Origin: an uncultured Mollicutes bacterium
GTDB taxonomy: Bacteria > Bacillota_I > Bacilli_A > RFN20 > CAG-826
Length of the DNA stretch: 59,255 nucleotides
Reading direction: 5' to 3'
Assembly (NCBI GenBank): GCA_900542595.1
Contig: UQOB01000001.1
Span: 1 to 59,255, forward strand
The notes beneath the pieces were generated by a model. That model did no database searches, was not told where the DNA came from, and saw only the letters and a list, made by a program, of their open reading frames with translations. Positions 52,747-59,255 of this stretch are shown here, one piece after another. Each line of letters starts with the position of its first letter. The first letter of the stretch is position 1. The position numbers and the translations under genes were made by a program.

Positions 52747-54786
52747 ATGAAAAAGAAAAATGTATTCGTGGTCGGACTCAGTTTATTAGCCATAGCCTCG
52801 TTAGCAGCTTGTAATACCGATACTGGAAGTACCGCTACTACGAACACGGGTGGAGATGAATCGTCCACCTCATCAACCTCTCAGGTCGGCCGCCGAGCGG
52901 AAATGACGGTAGAAAAGACGGAAATCGTCGCTGGCCAAAACTTCTTCGACGCTTGTAAACCGACTGTCATCTATTACGATGAAAACAATGAACCCTTCGA
53001 TTATACAACGTGGGTTAACTACGTTCGGTATACCATTACTTCCGAAGACGGGAAAACCTATACTGCGGGGGACGCGTTACCGGCCGGAAGATATACCGCT
53101 CGGGCCAGCGTTAAATCGCGGCAATCGACCGTTGATTTCACCGTTACCAACGGCAACACCGTCGAAGGTAAAGAAGGTGATGGCTATAAGAGCTACACCC
53201 GCGATCATTTTAAAGGGATGACGGTTACCGAACTCGATAGCGTCGGCGCCTTAGGCTCCGGTAAATTCCCGGCCATCGGCACCCCGAAGATGTTAGTTGT
53301 CCCGGTCATCTTCAGCGATATGAAAGGGCACCAAGACTATACGGATGAAGAACTCGTCATCGTCAATCGGGCTTTCTTCGGGACCAGCGAAGAAACCAGC
53401 TGGGAAAGCTTACATTCGTATTATTACAAATCCAGCTATGGTCTCCTCGACATCAAAGGGATGGTCACCGATGAATTCGTCACCCCCTTAACCCAAGATG
53501 GAGCGGAAGCTTATAATTCCGGTGCGGCGGGACAAATCGCCCAACAAGCCTGGACTTGGGCGCAACAAAAGTACAACTTAAACCCATCCGATTACGACTA
53601 TAACCACGATGGTTATATCGATGGTATCAACATCATCTATAAGACCACTAAAGCCAATACGTCGGAAAACCCCAATGCTAATGACCTATGGTGGAACTAC
53701 ACTAGCATCACCGGGGCGCAACCCAATGTGAGTAATCCTGTCCCCTACCGTTACTTCTGGTCGGAATACGACATGATCAATAGCGGTAATTATCCAGGTT
53801 ACCCCTGCATCGATGCTCACACCATCATCCATGAAAACGGGCACTTAATGGGTTTAAATGACTATTATTCCTATGAAAGAACCGCGCAAGGAATGGCGGT
53901 TGAAGGGCCGGCTGGCTGCGTCGATATGATGGATAATAACGTCGGCGATCATAACGCTTATAGCAAAATGATGTACGGCTGGTTTAAAGAAGCGGCTGGG
54001 GAAGCTGGCTTAAACGTCATGGAAATCGATGGCAGTAACGATAACTTCACCCTCGACCTCAATTCCTTCACCGATACCGGTGACGTCATCATCATCCGGA
54101 ACACCACCGATGATAAGTGGAATGAAACTCCCTATGACGAATATTTAATCCTTCAGTACTACACCCCCACCGGTGTCAATGAAAGCGATAGCCATGGTTA
54201 CAAAGAATGGGCGAGCTTACAATCCCACGGTGGAACGTACGCGAATCCGGGCCTTCAAATCTTCCACGTCGACAATCGTTTAGGAGCGAGAGTCGGAACG
54301 TATGAAGAAGGGTCCGCTAGCGTCACTTATACCGGTTACGAATATGTCGATACCCCCTCTAACGTCGGTGTCCATAACGATGATGGAACTTATGTCGGAC
54401 CGTCACTTCAACTCACGAGCAACACTGGTTGGGCCGATAACGGAGCAAGAACTTCTCAACACATCGATGAAAATGGCCAATTAGTCAGCGATTCTCCTTA
54501 TAGAGAATTAAGCGCTATCTTCAGTGACGGCAACAACGGCCTCGATTCCACCGGGTACTATGACTACTTCGGGGAAACGGAAAACCTCTTCGGTGTCCAA
54601 AATGAATGGGCAGAAGAAAACTTCATCACTTATGGTGGTAACACCTTCAGCAACTTCAAGATGAGAGACTTCTTCGCTAATGACCTCGTCTGGAACGATG
54701 GCAGCACCTTCAACTGGACCTTCAGCGTCACCGATCAAGACGCTACCCATTGCACTCTCCACTTCGTCAACAACGATGCACATTAA
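52747..54786 (+). CDS. Lipoprotein, M6-type zinc metalloprotease domain with N-terminal Ig-like module; paralog of 40834-42435
   Basis: Lipobox LAAC and HExxH in IIHENGHLMGLNDYYSY. It shares the LVVPVIFSD and YYKSSYGLL blocks with the other M6-like gene. Confidence 0.7.
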   Translation: MKKKNVFVVGLSLLAIASLAACNTDTGSTATTNTGGDESSTSSTSQVGRRAEMTVEKTEIVAGQNFFDACKPTVIYYDENNEPFDYTTWVNYVRYTITSEDGKTYTAGDALPAGRYTARASVKSRQSTVDFTVTNGNTVEGKEGDGYKSYTRDHFKGMTVTELDSVGALGSGKFPAIGTPKMLVVPVIFSDMKGHQDYTDEELVIVNRAFFGTSEETSWESLHSYYYKSSYGLLDIKGMVTDEFVTPLTQDGAEAYNSGAAGQIAQQAWTWAQQKYNLNPSDYDYNHDGYIDGINIIYKTTKANTSENPNANDLWWNYTSITGAQPNVSNPVPYRYFWSEYDMINSGNYPGYPCIDAHTIIHENGHLMGLNDYYSYERTAQGMAVEGPAGCVDMMDNNVGDHNAYSKMMYGWFKEAAGEAGLNVMEIDGSNDNFTLDLNSFTDTGDVIIIRNTTDDKWNETPYDEYLILQYYTPTGVNESDSHGYKEWASLQSHGGTYANPGLQIFHVDNRLGARVGTYEEGSASVTYTGYEYVDTPSNVGVHNDDGTYVGPSLQLTSNTGWADNGARTSQHIDENGQLVSDSPYRELSAIFSDGNNGLDSTGYYDYFGETENLFGVQNEWAEENFITYGGNTFSNFKMRDFFANDLVWNDGSTFNWTFSVTDQDATHCTLHFVNNDAH

Positions 54787-54859
54787 AAGTGGAATGCACA
54801 AATAATCATTTACTTTTTAGTTTTTCTTGCTAGATTAAATACACGAAAGGAAGATTCTT

Positions 54860-56716
54860 ATGAAGAAAATCAAAATTCTTACCGCTTCTGTCCTCAGTAT
54901 CGCCGTGATTGCGGGGATGGGAGTCGGGTTAACCTCCTGCGCAACTGATGGCGAAAGCACCACTACTACTAGCTCTACCGTCGAGGTTGACAAAATTACC
55001 ATCGCCGGAGATACCCCCACTTATGTGGGCGTTGGCGAAACGATCGACTACGCTGACTATATCAGCACCACTCCGGAAGGAGCGCCGATCACCATTACCT
55101 CTGATAGCGAAAACATCACTATCGATGGAACCAAAGTCACCGGTGTTGGCCTTGGGAACTACACCATCATGATCCATGCTGGAGACAAACAAAGAGGTTG
55201 GCCGGGCAAAGTCGTCAGCGCTGACAAAGCTTACGTTATCGACTACCTCTCCACTCTTGGAAATAACTACAGCGGCTTCATATACGGCTATGATCCGGAA
55301 AATTTAACTGATCGTCTGTCCATTTTCAAAGATGTTCTCCACAATGAAAACTATTCGGTTGACTATCGTTACAACACCGCGAAAGCCGATATCGTCGTCA
55401 AGATGGGCGATGAAGCGACGCCGAAGACCTATAGCGGAACCTATGAAGGCTATACCCAAGACTCCGAAACCGGCGTTGTCGATGGCACCACTGGGACCGT
55501 TACACTCAATCCTGGTATCACCAGCAACTATGACTTCACCCTCTTCGGCACCAAGATCACTGCTAAAGAAGCGGATTTCGAAGATGTTGTAGATGAAGAA
55601 GGCAATCCTGTCGGTATCTCCGTTTCGGAAGAACTCGTCGATTCTGTCTATACTGCTCAAGGCATCAACTACGCCTATTGGCAATCGGCCTTTAGCCAAC
55701 TCTTAGGACAAAAACTCGAAGCGGTCTACCAAGTTATACCGCTCATCTCTGCGGATTTCCCGGAAGACCAAGTTCCGACCAAAGATGACTATGTCGGCGT
55801 CAGCTTTGCGACCTTACTCCCGATTTTTGAAGGCAATCAATACGGCGTGGCGGTTCAACTTCAACTCACTGATAAGGGCACTTCCCACATCGAAGTGATC
55901 GATAAAGTCGTTGAAGACCAAATCGAACCTACTCCCTTAAAGTTCGACGCTTTCGATACCAAGATGGCGGGCCTCTTAGAAGGCAAAAACTACACCATCG
56001 AAGGCCACCTCAACATCGGCTACTACAACAAAACGACCTGGGTCGATGCTGATGCGGCTGGTCTCGCGGGCATTAAAGAACAATGGGGCATCGAACCGGC
56101 TAAAACCATCGCTTATGTCAATGGTGAAAATTATCTGGGTTACTCTGGTTTAACTGGAGAAGTCAGCTATGAATACTACCATAAGGACGGCGAAGTGTTA
56201 TATGGACAAGCTGGTAAATATAACCACGACACCAAAGCCTACACGGTCACCAATGCGGATAAGCAACTCGCCATCGATAGCATCTGGCTCCCCGGCATCC
56301 AATCTAATGGCTATATGGCTCCGTTCACCGTTGCGGACTTCACTCCGGAAGCCTTAAAGGCGATCAGCTATCAAAGCGTTGAAGGCGAAAATGCTAGTGC
56401 CACTTCTCCAGGTGACCAAGGTAATTTAACTCTCCTCACGATGGCGTTAATTCCGTCTATCGGTTACGGCACTTCAGCGATGTTCAGCACGCTTTACAGC
56501 ACCGCTAACGCCCAAATGAAGTTCTATGACTTCTTCAACAACACCACTATTAAAGTCACCGCGGATACCATCGAACTCGAAACCAGCATCAGCGACTTAG
56601 GTTACGATTCGCAAGGCGAACTCCTCGATGCCTATATGGGTATCAAGATCAGCGCGATCGGCAGCACCACTGTTCCGACCGTCACCACTGGTACCGCTGC
56701 GGAAGTCGGTGAATAG
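54860..56716 (+). CDS. Lipoprotein with N-terminal Big_2-like Ig domain, function unknown
   Basis: Lipobox LTSC. Residues ~45-110 (ITIAGDTPTYVGVGETID...VTGVGLGNYTIMIHAG) look like a bacterial Ig-like group 2 domain. Confidence 0.6.
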   Translation: MKKIKILTASVLSIAVIAGMGVGLTSCATDGESTTTTSSTVEVDKITIAGDTPTYVGVGETIDYADYISTTPEGAPITITSDSENITIDGTKVTGVGLGNYTIMIHAGDKQRGWPGKVVSADKAYVIDYLSTLGNNYSGFIYGYDPENLTDRLSIFKDVLHNENYSVDYRYNTAKADIVVKMGDEATPKTYSGTYEGYTQDSETGVVDGTTGTVTLNPGITSNYDFTLFGTKITAKEADFEDVVDEEGNPVGISVSEELVDSVYTAQGINYAYWQSAFSQLLGQKLEAVYQVIPLISADFPEDQVPTKDDYVGVSFATLLPIFEGNQYGVAVQLQLTDKGTSHIEVIDKVVEDQIEPTPLKFDAFDTKMAGLLEGKNYTIEGHLNIGYYNKTTWVDADAAGLAGIKEQWGIEPAKTIAYVNGENYLGYSGLTGEVSYEYYHKDGEVLYGQAGKYNHDTKAYTVTNADKQLAIDSIWLPGIQSNGYMAPFTVADFTPEALKAISYQSVEGENASATSPGDQGNLTLLTMALIPSIGYGTSAMFSTLYSTANAQMKFYDFFNNTTIKVTADTIELETSISDLGYDSQGELLDAYMGIKISAIGSTTVPTVTTGTAAEVGE

Positions 56717-56737
56717 TTATCCTTAATAAGCTTAAAA

Positions 56738-56766
56738 AGAGCTCCCTCACGGGGGCTCTTTTTTTA
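56738..56766 (+). terminator. Strong rho-independent terminator
   Basis: AGAGCTCCC-tcac-GGGGGCTCT followed by TTTTTT. Confidence 0.85.
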
Positions 56767-56792
56767 TAAAAATAATTGAGATTTACAAAGAT

Positions 56793-56824
56793 AAAAAGAA
56801 AAATCGCTCTCTTTTGAGAACGAT
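56793..56824 (-). terminator. Rho-independent terminator after the PIN-domain gene
   Basis: Read on the minus strand as ATCGTTCTC-aaaa-GAGAGCGAT followed by TTTTTCTTTTT. Confidence 0.75.
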
Positions 56825-56829
56825 CTTTC

Positions 56830-58302
56830 CTACTTATTTTGGAAGTCTTTTAAGTTCTTTTTAAGAACCGATAATTTAAGGGTAACCTTCGTTCTTTCAC
56901 TCGGAGTAAGTTCATGGAGCAAAGCGATTTGGGCTTCTAAATCCTTGATCTTATTCTTTACCGCGTAAGTCTGATTAGCTAAGTTACTCCGTAAGTTCTT
57001 TTCGTTCTTTAAGGCGAGGGTTAGTTTCTCGCTGGGAACTTCCGGTTTTCTTCCTTTCTTCGTAACGGCTTTCTTCTCTTCCACGTCCTTTTTAACTTCT
57101 ACTTCCTTCGCCACTTTCTTAGGCGCAGGAGGAAGGAGAGGTTTCCTCGGCGGAAGCTTATAGAGAGTCGCCTTATATTTATCTTCGGTGATCCTCGTCA
57201 CCATTAAGAGACAATCTCCGAAGGGGAAACTTTGACTGCCCTTAATAGAAAGAGTGTCACATTTCTCCGCTAAGTCATCCAAGAGATTTAAGGTGACATT
57301 TAAGAAGCCATGGACTTCTTTAACGTAAGGGACAGTCTTATCGTGCGGAATAATGTTTAAGGCGATTAAGAGCCTCTCTATCGCATCTTTCGCACTGCTA
57401 CCTATCTCTTCCTTCATCCCCTTATTCTCTTGTTGAATTGGAGCGGTTTCTTCCTTTGGTTGAACAAGGGTCATCGCTTTATGGTTGGATGCCACCTTGT
57501 TTTCAAATTCCTTAAGCTTTTTCTCAAGCTCACTCACACTATAAGCGAGGTTGAGGGGTTCTTTTTTACCCTTAAGACGAGAAAGCTGTAGTCGGATATC
57601 TTCCACTTTCTTGTTTAAGGGATAAGTTGAATTCGGAAGTCTCGCGCTTAAGAGGCGGTCTTCCTTGATGATTTCTTCAGTCAGCGGATCAATTGTTTTT
57701 GGCTTTTCAATTTTTTGAATTACTTTCTCAACTGTTTTAGGGGCAATCTTCGGTTCTTTCTTAGTTAAAGTTCTCGCCTTTTTAACCGATTGATTACCTA
57801 AATTCCCCACTAAAACCCCATCATTATCCAGTTTCATGACATCGATGGGATAACCTTTTTGCGAGGCCAAACTATTCTTCAGATTCTTTAAATCATCGGT
57901 CAAGGTTTTGTCTTGCGTGATGACCAGAATCCTCGCTTTTGGGCGTAATGTTACGACGTGGCTGGTGATTGCCGCATCCGCGAAAGGGTTATCGCTGATC
58001 TTTTTAAACACTTCCATCGTCTTTTCTTTCTTTTGGTCGTGTTTAATGATCTTTAAGGCTGTTTTAGCGTTGATGAACGCTACCATGTCGCTTTTATCTT
58101 TGCTGTGATTCTCAAGTTCATTAATGCATTCCTCCGGGAGTACAAAGTGGAAATTATCTTTCCGGTACTCTTTTGCGGTTACTAAACGGTCCATGAAGTA
58201 AGGAAACTTATCATGCATCAAAGAACAGGTATCGATAAAAACGTAATTGTAATTCAATAGAAGCTTAGCCAAATCACTGATTTTGGCCTCTTCACTATAC
58301 AT
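56830..58302 (-). CDS. PIN-like nuclease domain protein with a long Lys-rich C-terminal region containing an internal duplication
   Basis: The N-terminal ~165 aa carries PIN-like acidic residues (VFIDTCSL, LPEECINELE, FADAAI, VITQDKTLTDD). The C-terminal part has two homologous ~56-aa segments. The gene is monocistronic between terminators. Confidence 0.6.
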   Translation of the reverse strand: MYSEEAKISDLAKLLLNYNYVFIDTCSLMHDKFPYFMDRLVTAKEYRKDNFHFVLPEECINELENHSKDKSDMVAFINAKTALKIIKHDQKKEKTMEVFKKISDNPFADAAITSHVVTLRPKARILVITQDKTLTDDLKNLKNSLASQKGYPIDVMKLDNDGVLVGNLGNQSVKKARTLTKKEPKIAPKTVEKVIQKIEKPKTIDPLTEEIIKEDRLLSARLPNSTYPLNKKVEDIRLQLSRLKGKKEPLNLAYSVSELEKKLKEFENKVASNHKAMTLVQPKEETAPIQQENKGMKEEIGSSAKDAIERLLIALNIIPHDKTVPYVKEVHGFLNVTLNLLDDLAEKCDTLSIKGSQSFPFGDCLLMVTRITEDKYKATLYKLPPRKPLLPPAPKKVAKEVEVKKDVEEKKAVTKKGRKPEVPSEKLTLALKNEKNLRSNLANQTYAVKNKIKDLEAQIALLHELTPSERTKVTLKLSVLKKNLKDFQNK

Positions 58303-58440
58303 ATTTTGGTCTTTTTCTACCTCCTTGTTGTTTATTGTAAAAGAATTTCCCTATTTTGATACTTTTATTTTAATTATTTCTTCACAAAAATCGTGTTAAT
58401 AGAAAAGATATTAAGGTTTTGCGAAGAATTTAAGATTTTC

Positions 58441-58476
58441 ATAAGAAAAGGGTCTCTAGCGTTCAGCTAGAAACCC
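58441..58476 (-). terminator. Rho-independent terminator after the partial surface-protein gene
   Basis: Read on the minus strand as GGGTTTCTAGC-tgaac-GCTAGAGACCC followed by TTTTCTT. Confidence 0.75.
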
Positions 58477-58506
58477 TCCTCCTTTATCACCTAAAAGAGA
58501 TGACGA

Positions 58507-59255
58507 TTAAGCAGCTGGTGTCCAGACCAGGCTTCCCGCTTCCACGACGCCGGAGCCAAGGGTGACCCCCGCTTTGGTGGTAACGGTGAAGGCGGCACCA
58601 TTGGATTCAATACTGGTCACGTCGCTGGTGAAGGTAACATTGACTCCTAAATAGATGACTCCATCAATCTTGATGCCGTAGGCTCTCGGAGAGCCTTCGA
58701 CCTTGCCTTCCATCAAGCTTTGAATGATGACGCCACTATCGCCGAGATAACCACGAGTGGTAATACATTCGCCACTTAAGCCGCTGTAGCTATAGGACGT
58801 TTTTTCAGCCCGGGTGTAGAAGTAGTCAGCTGCATCACCTTCAGTGACCCAGACATAGTCACCATCCGCGGTGAAGTTCTTATTGTTAGAGCTGAAGGTG
58901 GTGATATCGTCGGTCGTCACAACATTAGTCGCATCGTGAACGGTGCTACTAGATTCCCAGGTATGGCCGTCAGCGGTGATGGAAATCTTGTAGTAAGATC
59001 CACCATTTCTAACGCCATAGTATTCACCGAGAATCGGGCTACCAGTTAACGGCCCAATGTGGACTTCTCTCGTTAAGGTAACAGAGCTCGGTTCGGTCGT
59101 GCTGCCCGGCACTAAGATATAGTAACCAGTCGCTTCCGTTTCAAGTTTGACGTAGTCTTCTTGGCCCGCGTTGATTTCTAATAAGGATTTCTTGTTAGAA
59201 CCAAAGAATTCAACGGAAGTGACAGTTTCACTGGTGACCGTGACGTCCCAACCAC
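58507..59255 (-). CDS. C-terminal part of a larger, probably surface-exposed beta-rich protein; the gene continues beyond the window
   Basis: The frame stays open upstream of the track's GTG at 59112 to the window end (...VTVTSETVTSVEFFGSNKKSLLEINAGQEDYVKLETEATGYYILVPGSTTEP...). The composition is Thr/Ser/Gly/Val-rich. Confidence 0.55.
   Translation of the reverse strand, partial: GWDVTVTSETVTSVEFFGSNKKSLLEINAGQEDYVKLETEATGYYILVPGSTTEPSSVTLTREVHIGPLTGSPILGEYYGVRNGGSYYKISITADGHTWESSSTVHDATNVVTTDDITTFSSNNKNFTADGDYVWVTEGDAADYFYTRAEKTSYSYSGLSGECITTRGYLGDSGVIIQSLMEGKVEGSPRAYGIKIDGVIYLGVNVTFTSDVTSIESNGAAFTVTTKAGVTLGSGVVEAGSLVWTPAA

Noticed and set aside
1-59255. Possibility that the organism uses translation table 4 (UGA=Trp), given Mollicutes-like lipoproteins and Opp inserts.
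   Set aside because: prfB is present with a UGA-dependent autoregulatory frameshift. TGA terminates tmk and comFC at positions consistent with family lengths. Trp codons seen in conserved motifs are TGG.
1-59255. Search by eye for rRNA, tRNA, CRISPR arrays, transposases, integrases or prophage blocks.
   Set aside because: I found none. Intergenic regions are short (mostly under 140 bp) and are explained by promoters and terminators. The only tandem DNA repeat is the in-frame dnaX linker repeat.

Overview
This 59-kb window is a chromosomal segment from a low-to-moderate-GC Bacillota/Mollicutes-like bacterium, an inference from Bacillus-type gene order, many lipobox lipoproteins and Opp ATPases with large inserts. 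UGA is a stop codon: prfB is present with its CTT TGA C +1 frameshift, and tmk and comFC end in TGA. About two thirds is housekeeping. The minus strand carries folD, secG, uvrB, prfB, secA, comFC, comFA, rpiB, tsaC, prmC and prfA; the plus strand carries dnaX, ybaB, recR, tmk, holB, ricT and rsmI. The remainder is accessory or envelope related. It includes an ECF sigma/anti-sigma pair followed by a lipoprotein paralogous to the anti-sigma ectodomain, with the same promoter-like motif upstream of the sigma gene and of the lipoprotein gene. It also includes a divergent ThyX-fold gene coupled to folD, a giant YfhO-like protein, and a nucleotidase/patatin/pseudouridine synthase block. A two-gene arginine-to-putrescine pathway has arginine decarboxylase fused to agmatine deiminase. 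An hsp20 gene lies behind two tandem CIRCE operators. An oppABCDF operon with expanded subunits is flanked by two M6-type metalloprotease lipoproteins. A terminator-insulated orphan PIN-domain protein contains an internal repeat. I saw no rRNA, tRNA, CRISPR array, transposase or integrase. All family assignments come from motif recognition by eye; no searches were run.
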